DNA of 64,000 nucleotides, from the NCBI GenBank assembly GCA_041649175.1, contig JBAZNR010000001.1, positions 847,497-911,496 on the forward strand, given 5' to 3'. Position 1 is the first letter of the stretch; each line of letters starts with the position of its first letter. Shown piece by piece: positions 55,690 to 64,000 of this stretch. Origin of the DNA: Candidatus Omnitrophota bacterium. GTDB taxonomy: Bacteria; Omnitrophota; Gorgyraeia; Zapsychrales; JBAZNR01. The position numbers and the translations under genes are program-made. The notes under the pieces were generated by a model. The model was not told the origin of the DNA and did not search any database. It was given only the letters and a program-made list of their open reading frames with translations.

Positions 55690-57513
55690 ATGGACGGACA
55701 AAAAAATAAAATAATCCTCTTCTCCTTGTCAGCATTCTTATTTGCTTTATGTTTTTTCTTCCAGTTTCTTACTCCGCAAGTTGTTTCTTGGCTTTATAGT
55801 CACCACCATATTGAACTTCTCAATCACATTACACGCACTCAAGACGTGCAAACGCTTGCCTTTTACATTGGCCAATCAGAACATTTTTTATCGGGGCCTT
55901 TATCTTGTCTTTTTGGCGCGTGGTTTTTGATCGTTTTCTTTTTGTCTAATCCCAAAAGAATGACTCCTCAATTCTTTGGCATTAGTATTTTTTTATTCCT
56001 GCTGATAACAAAATTTCCAATTCTTTTTTATCCGCCTTATGGCGGGGACGCGATCACCGGACCCTTTGCGGAAGCAACGTGGTTGGCGCGCCACAACTTT
56101 GATTACCAGGGGCTTTTGCAGCAACCAAGCTATATGGGCGGCGGAGCAAAAGTTTACGCGGTCAGCATCTATCCTTCCTTTCTGGCTTTGCAAATGAAAC
56201 TTATTGCCGACGCGCGATGGTTCCTTTTTGTCAATCATCTGATCGTTTTTATTTTAGCCGCTCTTATTTTACGGCTTTTGTATTGTGTATTTTTAAAGTT
56301 ATTCCGACAAGAGATCGCTGTTCTTTTATCTCTTGCCATATTTTCTCTTTCCTTATTCCAAAGCCAAACGGAAATGATCAATATGGAAATTCCGTGTTTA
56401 TTTCTTACGGTCCTTTCGGCTTATTATTTGGTTCAAGAAAAAATAAAATTAGCAAGCCTTGCCGCTATCGCTGCGGTTGTCGTCAAAGGTTTTGGAGTGG
56501 TGGCCTGCGGCGCTGTTGGGATCATAACGGTCGTTTTGTTTTTATTTTCTCCTCGATATAAATTTAAGTGGCCTGTGCTTTTATGGGGGTTATCGGCATT
56601 GTTAAGCGGTATTATCATTGTCCTTGCTTCAAAATGGATCATTGGCAGTGGCATGGTCGGCGCTATTAAGATCTTTTCGTTTAGCCTTTGGGATGATGTG
56701 ATGTTTCGCCTTTTTATGGGCATATTTCTCTTAAGCATCCTTAATATCCTCAGAATTTATTTATATGAAAAGAAACATAAAAGCCTCGGGAGCGTTTTAT
56801 TCTCGCAGGAGAATTATTTAGCGGGGATCTTCTTCGTTTATGCCGGAATGTGGTATGCGGTTTTTATGAATTTTACATCGGTGATCCCGCGGTATTTTTT
56901 GCTTTTGGCCCCGTTTCTTTTTGCCTGTATATTTTACGGATTTTTTATTGTCATAAGATCTTCAAAAGCGCAAAGTATTATTTTGGTGATGCTGATCAGT
57001 ATTTTATCATTTTCGGCTTATGGATTATTGGAAGAGGAAGATGCCAGCGATTATTTGTATATTGAGTTAGAACGCAGCTTGGAATATCGTAATGTGTTAA
57101 AGCGTGATATCCTTTTGGCGCGGGAGATCGAAAATAATTTCTCTTCCTATGCGGTTGGAGCTCCTCCGATTATGGGGCAGATCTTGGGTGTCCCAGAATT
57201 GGGATATGTTCAAAAGAAACTAGATGTTATGGTTTATGGAATATCAAAATATTACGATGGCATAAGAGAGTTTAACGGTTTAAAGGGCTTAAATCTTGCT
57301 CAGACAGTTTGGATAGGGCAAGAAGATGGTTTTTCGAGAAGCATCGCGGATGTTTTTCCTTTTCCGGTCGATCCCAACGACCAAGTTTTAAAGACCATCG
57401 AATATGGCGATAAAAGCGCCGTTATTTTTATGGGCGGCATTGCCATCGAAAAGGCGCGCCGGGCTCTTTTTGCGACCGGAAAGCATAAAAACTTAAGTCG
57501 AAATTCCAAATAA
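55690..57513 (+). CDS. Large polytopic membrane protein with C-terminal soluble domain, candidate GT-C-fold glycosyltransferase (ArnT/PMT-like)
   Basis: 607 aa, at least 11 TM helices followed by an about 160-aa hydrophilic domain. Adjacent to an ArnC/GtrB-like GT2 gene. Assignment by architecture and context only. Confidence 0.4.
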   Translation: MDGQKNKIILFSLSAFLFALCFFFQFLTPQVVSWLYSHHHIELLNHITRTQDVQTLAFYIGQSEHFLSGPLSCLFGAWFLIVFFLSNPKRMTPQFFGISIFLFLLITKFPILFYPPYGGDAITGPFAEATWLARHNFDYQGLLQQPSYMGGGAKVYAVSIYPSFLALQMKLIADARWFLFVNHLIVFILAALILRLLYCVFLKLFRQEIAVLLSLAIFSLSLFQSQTEMINMEIPCLFLTVLSAYYLVQEKIKLASLAAIAAVVVKGFGVVACGAVGIITVVLFLFSPRYKFKWPVLLWGLSALLSGIIIVLASKWIIGSGMVGAIKIFSFSLWDDVMFRLFMGIFLLSILNILRIYLYEKKHKSLGSVLFSQENYLAGIFFVYAGMWYAVFMNFTSVIPRYFLLLAPFLFACIFYGFFIVIRSSKAQSIILVMLISILSFSAYGLLEEEDASDYLYIELERSLEYRNVLKRDILLAREIENNFSSYAVGAPPIMGQILGVPELGYVQKKLDVMVYGISKYYDGIREFNGLKGLNLAQTVWIGQEDGFSRSIADVFPFPVDPNDQVLKTIEYGDKSAVIFMGGIAIEKARRALFATGKHKNLSRNSK

Positions 57514-57579
57514 CGATTACTGCCCCTGCTCGAAAGGGTATGGTATAATGAACTTCCATTTATCGAGAGATTTTTTCCT

Positions 57580-58506
57580 ATGAATAAAACATCCATTTCG
57601 ATCGTTGTCCCCGTTTATAATTCAGAGTTGTCGCTAAGGGATCTTTGCCAGCGGTTAACGGCCGTTTTGCCTGCTGTTTCCAGCCAATTTGAGATCATCT
57701 TGGTCGATGACGCAAGCCGTGACCGGTCTTGGGAAGTTATTAAAGAGCTCGCGGGGAAAGATAAGCGTATTAAAGGCTTAAAGCTGGTTAGGAATTTTGG
57801 CCAGCATAACGCGCTTTTGTGCGGTTTACGTAAAGCCAAGCATGAAATTATCGTTACCTTAGACGACGATTTACAAAATCCTCCTGAAGAAATACCTAAA
57901 ATGATCGCGAAACTTGAAGAAGGATTTGATGTTGTCTATGGTTTTCCGCAAAAACAACAGCACGGTTTTTGGCGGGATGCGGCATCTCAATTGACAAAAA
58001 TGGTTTTACAGAATTCCATGGGTGTTGCCACGGCAAGGAACATCAGCTCATTTCGGGCATTTCGCTCTTATCTTCGTTGCGCCTTTGAAGACTATAGCGA
58101 TGCTTTTGTTTTTATTGATGTTCTGTTAACATGGGGAACATCCAAATTTACCAGTATAGCCGTACGCCATGATCCGCGCTTTAAGGGAGAATCTAATTAT
58201 ACTCTACGCAAATTGTTGATCCACGCGGCTAATTTGATCACAGGGTTCTCGACGTTGCCGTTAAGGTTGGCAAGTGTTATTGGATTTATCATGATGCTTT
58301 TTGGGGTAGGCGTCTTTATTTATGTTTTGGTGCGCTGGGCAATTGAGGGAAGCCGGGTGCCGGGTTTCCCGTTTCTGGCCAGCATTATTGCCATATTTTC
58401 CGGGGCGCAATTGTTTTCTCTCGGGATCATCGGCGAATATCTTTCCCGGATCCATTTCCGCAGCATGAAAAAGCCTGCCTACGTTATTAGAGAAACCTTA
58501 GAATAA
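57580..58506 (+). CDS. GT2-family polyprenyl-phosphate glycosyltransferase (ArnC/GtrB-like) with C-terminal TM helices
   Basis: 308 aa. ISIVVPVYNSE ... LVDDASRD ... TLDDDLQNPPEE motifs. Two C-terminal TM segments. Confidence 0.85.
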   Translation: MNKTSISIVVPVYNSELSLRDLCQRLTAVLPAVSSQFEIILVDDASRDRSWEVIKELAGKDKRIKGLKLVRNFGQHNALLCGLRKAKHEIIVTLDDDLQNPPEEIPKMIAKLEEGFDVVYGFPQKQQHGFWRDAASQLTKMVLQNSMGVATARNISSFRAFRSYLRCAFEDYSDAFVFIDVLLTWGTSKFTSIAVRHDPRFKGESNYTLRKLLIHAANLITGFSTLPLRLASVIGFIMMLFGVGVFIYVLVRWAIEGSRVPGFPFLASIIAIFSGAQLFSLGIIGEYLSRIHFRSMKKPAYVIRETLE

Positions 58507-58507
58507 A

Positions 58508-59569
58508 ATGAAATATCTCGAAACAACACATAAATTAATCAAAACGGTTTCTGCGATCGCGAGAAGATCAAAGCGCTTGACCGGTTTTTGTATCGGCAAT
58601 ACAGCCAAGATGCATGACAAAAACCTTTATTTTACGCCTATCAGGGAAACATCATTGATGGTGACGGCCGGTGTTATTGTCTATCGCCCTAAAGAAGCCG
58701 CGCAAATCACGCGCGCTATTGATGGAAAAGTAGATTATATTCTGGTGGACGCTGAAAAAAGAATTCCCGGCGTGACAACGACGAAAAACGATTGGGCCGA
58801 CCTTGAGCAAACGGTTCGAGCGGTGATCCGTAAATCAAAATTGTGGATCTATAAAAGCAATGATCTGTCAACCGAGGCGGTGGACGGGCTATTGATACAA
58901 TTAACGATGAATTCCAAATATGGCATCGCGGGCAAGAAAATAGCGGTCATTGGGGCAGGTAATTTAGGATTTAAATTAGCTTTTAAATTGATGGAACGAG
59001 GTGCTTGCGTGACCATCACTCGTCGAAATAAAGTGGCCCTTAAAACGATCACGCAGGCGCTTAATTTGATCAAATCGGAATATACGAAGTCGTCTTTAAA
59101 CGCAACGACGGATAATTTACAGGCTGTTCAAGGGGCGGAAATTTTGATCGGGACGACACCCGGAATAGCCGCAATAACCCCAGAAATGGTTGAATCTTTG
59201 GCGCCGGGTGCTATTATTATTGACGCGGGAAAAGGGACATTAAGCCTCCAAGCTATTGCCAGAGCGCAACAACGAGGATTTGAAATTTATCGCTTAGATA
59301 TTAGCGCCGCTTTTGAAGGATTGATTCATCGGCTTTGGGCGACGGAAAATGTCATCGAGAAGAAATTAGGGCGCCGCAAGTTTTGCGGGGAAATAATTGT
59401 TTCCGGCGGATTATTGGGGCGGAAAAATGAAATCATTGTCGATGATATTCGCCACCCCGGAGTTGTTTATGGAATTGCTGATGGACAAGGAGATTTCATT
59501 CGAGATTTGTCTTCTTCACAATGCTTAAGATTAAAAAAGATTTCGCAAGAAATTATCCGGTTAAAATAA
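58508..59569 (+). CDS. NAD(P)-binding Rossmann-fold protein (putative dehydrogenase, family not resolved)
   Basis: 353 aa. Central ...KKIAVIGAGNLGFKLAFKLMERGACVTI... dinucleotide-binding motif. Confidence 0.4.
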   Translation: MKYLETTHKLIKTVSAIARRSKRLTGFCIGNTAKMHDKNLYFTPIRETSLMVTAGVIVYRPKEAAQITRAIDGKVDYILVDAEKRIPGVTTTKNDWADLEQTVRAVIRKSKLWIYKSNDLSTEAVDGLLIQLTMNSKYGIAGKKIAVIGAGNLGFKLAFKLMERGACVTITRRNKVALKTITQALNLIKSEYTKSSLNATTDNLQAVQGAEILIGTTPGIAAITPEMVESLAPGAIIIDAGKGTLSLQAIARAQQRGFEIYRLDISAAFEGLIHRLWATENVIEKKLGRRKFCGEIIVSGGLLGRKNEIIVDDIRHPGVVYGIADGQGDFIRDLSSSQCLRLKKISQEIIRLK

Positions 59570-59601
59570 CATATCAAAAACCTAAGTGAAAGGAGGAAAA
59601 A

Positions 59602-59811
59602 ATGAGCGAGGAAAAGAAAGATAATCAGCAGTCTGGTTCAGATTGCTGTTCTAGTTCCAGCTGTGGCTGTTGCTGCGGCAAAAAATTGTTAGTTGGATTT
59701 GTTATTGGGGTCCTTTTAACAATAGCAGCTTTTGGGGCTTTTTCCGCAGGACAATGCATGACAATGAAGGGAAAAGTTTGCCCAATGACTCCAGCATCAA
59801 TGCAAAAGTAG
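59602..59811 (+). CDS. Small Cys-rich single-pass membrane protein
   Basis: 69 aa. Strong Shine-Dalgarno sequence AAAGGAGGAAAAAATG. N-terminal cysteine cluster DCCSSSSCGCCCG, one TM helix (LLVGFVIGVLLTIAAFGAF), and a C-terminal ...CMTMKGKVCPM. Followed by a strong terminator. Confidence 0.55.
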   Translation: MSEEKKDNQQSGSDCCSSSSCGCCCGKKLLVGFVIGVLLTIAAFGAFSAGQCMTMKGKVCPMTPASMQK

Positions 59812-59834
59812 TTAGTTGAAGTTGAAAGATAAAC

Positions 59835-59876
59835 AGCGGCCCGCCATTGGTTCAATGGCGGGCCGCTCCTTTTTCT
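59835..59876 (+). terminator. Strong intrinsic terminator (perfect 15-bp stem plus T-run)
   Basis: AGCGGCCCGCCATTG-gtt-CAATGGCGGGCCGCT followed by CCTTTTTCTC. Confidence 0.8.
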
Positions 59877-60003
59877 CAAAAGTACTTACATATGAAAAGA
59901 AATAGTAGATTTTTGAGCGTTCTCTTGGTATAAAGTAAAAAACGAAACATATCTCGCGTACTCTTACCTAGAGATATCAAACCCAGCGAAGTAACATTGC
60001 TAC

Positions 60004-61548
60004 ATGAAAAAACATAAAGAATCTATCCGAAGTCCTTCTAAACAAAAGAAATCTCCTAAAGATATATCCCGCACTAATAAGGACCAAAAGCAAGCTAACC
60101 ATCGTCATGACAAAGCTTTACGCTATGCCCAGAGGCGTTTTCGCGAATTAAGCTGTCTTTACGGCATTGAAGAGATCCGCAATAAAGAGAATTTGACGAT
60201 CCAGGAAACACTTGTCGCCGTTGTTGACCTTATTCCCGCCAGTTGGCAGTATCCGGACATTGCCTGTAGCCGCATTGCGGCCGGCGACATGGTCGTAAAA
60301 ACGAAAAATTTTCGCTTAAGCCCTTGGTGTCAACAGTCTCCTATTTTTGTTCGAGAGCAAAAAGTCGGCGTTGTTGAAGTCTATTACCTGAGAGAAAAAC
60401 CGATCAAAGACGAAGGCCCGTTCTCTAAAGAAGAACGAAGATTGATCAATACCATCGCGCAGCGTTTGGGGCTATTTCTCCAGCATCGGTTGATGAGTGA
60501 TGCTTTAAAAGCATCTTTGAAAGAATTAGCCGATATTAAATTTTCTTTGGATGTTTCTTCTATCGTGGCGATCACCGACCAGAAAGGCAAGATCACCTAC
60601 GCCAATGATAAGTTTTGTGAGATCTCTAAATATTCCCGGGAAGAACTTTTAGGACAAGATCACCGTATCATCAATTCCGGTTATCATTCCAAGGAATTCT
60701 TTGTTGATATGTGGCGCACGATCGCTTCGGGGAAAGTATGGAAAGGCGAAATACGCAATAAGGCCAAAGACGGCACGCTGTATTGGGTGGATACAACAAT
60801 CGTTCCTTTTTTGGATAAAAAAGGAAAGTCTTACCAATATGTTGTTATCCGTAATGAAATTACAAAACGGAAACAAATGGAAGAAGCTCTTAAGGAATTT
60901 CCGCAAAAGGTTATCCAGGCGCAAGAATCCGAACGTAACAAGATCTCTCGCGAGATCCATGATGATCTTGGCCAATCACTGGCTATTTTAAAAATGATGA
61001 TCCAATCAACATTCGATAATTTAGGACCAAAGCAAACGGATCCCCAGGGTTCTTACGACAAGATCATTAATTCAATTAATACCATTATCGAGAAAACCAG
61101 AAACTTAGCGTCAGGATTAAGGCCCACCGTTTTAGAGATTCTAGGACTTTCGGCGGCTGTTTCTTCCTTAACAGAAGATTTCAAATACCGCAAGAATCTT
61201 GAGATCAGATTTCGCCATGATCGGTTAGATCATTTTACATTTGAAGGAGAAGTGATCAATTTGTATCGGGTTGTCCAAGAAGCGCTTACCAATATCGTTA
61301 CCCATGCCAAGGCAACCTTGGTTGATATTGATATGCGCGAGAAACAAGGGCGCCTTTTTGTGGTGATCAAAGATAACGGGCGCGGGTTTGATTTCGAGAA
61401 GTATCATTCTCAAGATCTTCGCCAGGGAATAGGGCTATCGACCATGCAGGAGCGTATCAAGCTTTTAGGCGGAGTTTTGAAAATCGAATCGCAAGCTGGC
61501 AGAGGAACTGTTATCGCGTTTGATGTTCCCGTAAAAGCACAGGCATAA
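60004..61548 (+). CDS. Cytoplasmic PAS-domain sensor histidine kinase of the NarL-partner (HisKA_3) class
   Basis: 514 aa. Lys-rich N-terminus with no TM. PAS domain (...IVAITDQKGKITYANDKFCEISKYSREELLGQDHRIINSG...). HisKA_3 H-box REIHDDLGQSL. HATPase G-boxes ...IKDNGRGF... and ...GIGLSTMQER... Confidence 0.85.
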   Translation: MKKHKESIRSPSKQKKSPKDISRTNKDQKQANHRHDKALRYAQRRFRELSCLYGIEEIRNKENLTIQETLVAVVDLIPASWQYPDIACSRIAAGDMVVKTKNFRLSPWCQQSPIFVREQKVGVVEVYYLREKPIKDEGPFSKEERRLINTIAQRLGLFLQHRLMSDALKASLKELADIKFSLDVSSIVAITDQKGKITYANDKFCEISKYSREELLGQDHRIINSGYHSKEFFVDMWRTIASGKVWKGEIRNKAKDGTLYWVDTTIVPFLDKKGKSYQYVVIRNEITKRKQMEEALKEFPQKVIQAQESERNKISREIHDDLGQSLAILKMMIQSTFDNLGPKQTDPQGSYDKIINSINTIIEKTRNLASGLRPTVLEILGLSAAVSSLTEDFKYRKNLEIRFRHDRLDHFTFEGEVINLYRVVQEALTNIVTHAKATLVDIDMREKQGRLFVVIKDNGRGFDFEKYHSQDLRQGIGLSTMQERIKLLGGVLKIESQAGRGTVIAFDVPVKAQA

Positions 61549-61550
61549 GC

Positions 61551-62198
61551 ATGTCTAAATCTTACCGTATTATTTTAGCCGATGACCATGCGATCTTTCG
61601 CGCTGGATTAAAAAGTCTAATAGATAAAGAGGCTATCCTTAAAATTGTGGGCGAGGCAAAAGACGGCAAAGACCTTCTTGCTAAGCTAAGGTCTATTAAA
61701 TGTGATCTTGTCGTCCTTGATCTGTCCATGCCTCAGATGAGCGGCATGGAGGCTTTGCAAAGAATTCGTCAGGAGTTTCCCAGAGTCAAGATCCTAGTCC
61801 TCACCATGCAAAATGACAGCGATCATTTTAAGGCAGCCATGACTAGCGGTGCCGGCGGATATCTCTTAAAAGAAGATGCTTATGAACAGTTGGTTTTAGC
61901 CATAAAGTTGATCATGAAAAATAAGCAATACGTTTCTCCGTCACTATCGATGCTTTTAACCGAGCGGTATTTGCGCGCCTTAGACGAGCCCAGAACACCT
62001 TCTTTGGAAATTCTTACTAAGAGGGAACGGCAAGTCTTAGAATTGATCGCTAAAGAATTTCCGAACAAAAACATTGCCCAGAAATTAAAGATCAGCCTGC
62101 GGACTGTTGAGACCCACCGCGCTAATTTAACCCGGAAGCTTAACATCAAATCAACAGCCGGGCTTGTCAAATACGCCGTCTCTAAAGGGATCGAGTAG
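61551..62198 (+). CDS. NarL/FixJ-family response regulator (receiver plus LuxR-type HTH)
   Basis: 215 aa. ...IILADDH... ...LVVLDLSMP... receiver. C-terminal LTKRERQVLELIAKEFPNKNIAQKLKISLRTVETHR LuxR/GerE HTH. Start is 3 nt after the kinase stop. Confidence 0.9.
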   Translation: MSKSYRIILADDHAIFRAGLKSLIDKEAILKIVGEAKDGKDLLAKLRSIKCDLVVLDLSMPQMSGMEALQRIRQEFPRVKILVLTMQNDSDHFKAAMTSGAGGYLLKEDAYEQLVLAIKLIMKNKQYVSPSLSMLLTERYLRALDEPRTPSLEILTKRERQVLELIAKEFPNKNIAQKLKISLRTVETHRANLTRKLNIKSTAGLVKYAVSKGIE

Positions 62199-62237
62199 TC
62201 TCCTTTTTCTTCTTTTCCCGTTCTAATCTCCCCATTT

Positions 62238-62267
62238 CTACGTAGTACTACGCAGAAAGCTACGTAC
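62238..62267. promoter_or_regulatory. Pair of palindromic CTACGTA(G/C) motifs spaced 22 bp apart, candidate response-regulator operator
   Basis: CTACGTAG (62238-62245) ... CTACGTAC (62260-62267), with GTAC/TACG sub-palindromes between. Lies between the NarL-type RR gene and the two paralogous receiver genes. Confidence 0.3.
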
Positions 62268-62331
62268 ATCATCTGATTTACCGGTTTTCCCCGTAGGATA
62301 CAATATACCTAGCTATATTCAGAGGAAAACT

Positions 62332-62703
62332 ATGCCGAAAAAAATACTTCTTGTCGAAGATTATGATGAGTTCCGCGAGATGGTCAAAGTCCATCTTGTC
62401 AAACACAATAGCCAATGGGAGATCTTTGAAGCTTCTTCCGGCGAATTGGGAGTCATCAAGGCCTTAAGAGAGCATCCCGATGTTGTCTTGATGGATATCC
62501 GGCTTCCCAATATCAACGGCATCGATGCCGCCAATCAGATCAAGAAATATCTCCCTCAGGTAAAAATAATCATTCTCACGATGTTTGAAACAGATGCTTT
62601 TAAAGAAATGTTCAAAAGCGAAGATATTACGGCTTATATCGGCAAAAGCGAAATTTATGAAAAGCTTATTCCGGAGATCGAGAAGCATTTAGCTGAAGCA
62701 TAA
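62332..62703 (+). CDS. Stand-alone response-regulator receiver domain (paralog A)
   Basis: 123 aa. ILLVEDYDEF ... VVLMDIRLP ... IIILTMFE ... YIGKSEIYEKL. Confidence 0.8.
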   Translation: MPKKILLVEDYDEFREMVKVHLVKHNSQWEIFEASSGELGVIKALREHPDVVLMDIRLPNINGIDAANQIKKYLPQVKIIILTMFETDAFKEMFKSEDITAYIGKSEIYEKLIPEIEKHLAEA

Positions 62704-62730
62704 AGAGTCGCGGGATTTTTAGGAGGATGT

Positions 62731-63129
62731 ATGGAAAAACATAAAGAAAAAACAAAAAACGCCGGGATCAAAGTGCTCTTGGTGGACGACCACGAAGAGT
62801 TTCGTCTCACGGTGAAGAAATTCCTAAAAGAAAAAGGGGCGGACCTTCATGTCAGCGAGGCGGCGACGGGAGAAGACGGTGTTGAACAGGCTTTACGTAT
62901 CAAACCCGATATCGTGATCGCGGATATCGGCCTGCCTGATATAAGTGGCATTGATGCGGCGCGCCAGATCAAAAAGGCTTTGCCAAAGTGCAAGGTGATT
63001 ATGCTCACTATGTTTGAATCGGCGGCATTTAGGAATATTTATGATTTTCATGATATGGACGGATATATCGGCAAAAATGAGTTGTATGAAAAATTAATGC
63101 CTTCCATTAAGAACGCTTTAGAGAATTAG
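62731..63129 (+). CDS. Stand-alone response-regulator receiver domain (paralog B of the preceding gene)
   Basis: 132 aa. VLLVDDHEEF ... IVIADIGLP ... VIMLTMFE ... YIGKNELYEKL, colinear with paralog A. Strong Shine-Dalgarno sequence AGGAGG. Confidence 0.8.
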   Translation: MEKHKEKTKNAGIKVLLVDDHEEFRLTVKKFLKEKGADLHVSEAATGEDGVEQALRIKPDIVIADIGLPDISGIDAARQIKKALPKCKVIMLTMFESAAFRNIYDFHDMDGYIGKNELYEKLMPSIKNALEN

Positions 63130-63171
63130 CCCTTATTTTTTAAAAACAGTTTTTCCAAAACAAATTATTAA

Positions 63172-64000
<829 letters not shown>

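Overview
Bacterial chromosomal segment of about 64 kb, densely coding, with a Gram-negative-type envelope (outer-membrane porin, many signal-peptide proteins). I saw no intact mobile element and no CRISPR array. Gene content, in window order: (i) a minus-strand pyruvate dehydrogenase operon aceE-aceF-lpd; (ii) a GT2 polyprenyl-phosphate sugar synthase translationally overlapping a TMTC/PMT-like polytopic glycosyltransferase with TPR repeats; (iii) a consensus sigma70 promoter, an array of GC-rich hairpin repeats, and tRNA-Leu(CAG); (iv) an AEC-family transporter, SmpB, and a minus-strand electron-transfer-flavoprotein module (ETF-QO plus a fused EtfB-EtfA); (v) tmRNA (ssrA) with a GIY-YIG gene remnant just downstream; (vi) a MASE1-PAS-GAF-GGDEF diguanylate cyclase; (vii) a four-gene operon of outer-membrane porin, FMN-binding-domain protein, ApbE flavin transferase and a 4-TM His-rich membrane protein; (viii) a trehalose locus whose OtsA is fused to a TM-sensor-TM-HAMP module, followed by OtsB and a GH15 hydrolase; (ix) a 1925-aa secreted subtilisin-like (S8) protease carrying about 15 tandem 23-aa repeats; (x) YceI, a nucleoside deaminase, MetY, a secreted MsrB-MsrA fusion, a methyltransferase, SRAP/YedK, PilZ and a receiver; (xi) peptidoglycan-peptide recycling genes (NlpC/P60 endopeptidase, L-Ala-D/L-Glu epimerase), an ornithine cyclodeaminase-family enzyme and a membrane protein; (xii) a signalling island of a 1536-aa multi-PAS hybrid-sensor histidine kinase with four adjacent stand-alone or HTH-first receivers; (xiii) YchF and RidA; (xiv) a second GT-C/GT2 glycosylation pair; (xv) a small Cys-rich membrane peptide; (xvi) a NarL-type two-component system followed by two paralogous single-domain receivers; (xvii) the 5' end of pyruvate:ferredoxin oxidoreductase. 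Several -35/-10 promoters with perfect or near-perfect sigma70 consensus and several strong intrinsic terminators are visible. The most unusual items are the sensor-fused OtsA, the giant repeat-bearing S8 protease, the porin/FMN-bind/ApbE/DUF4405-like operon, and the tandem hairpin array in the tRNA-Leu leader.
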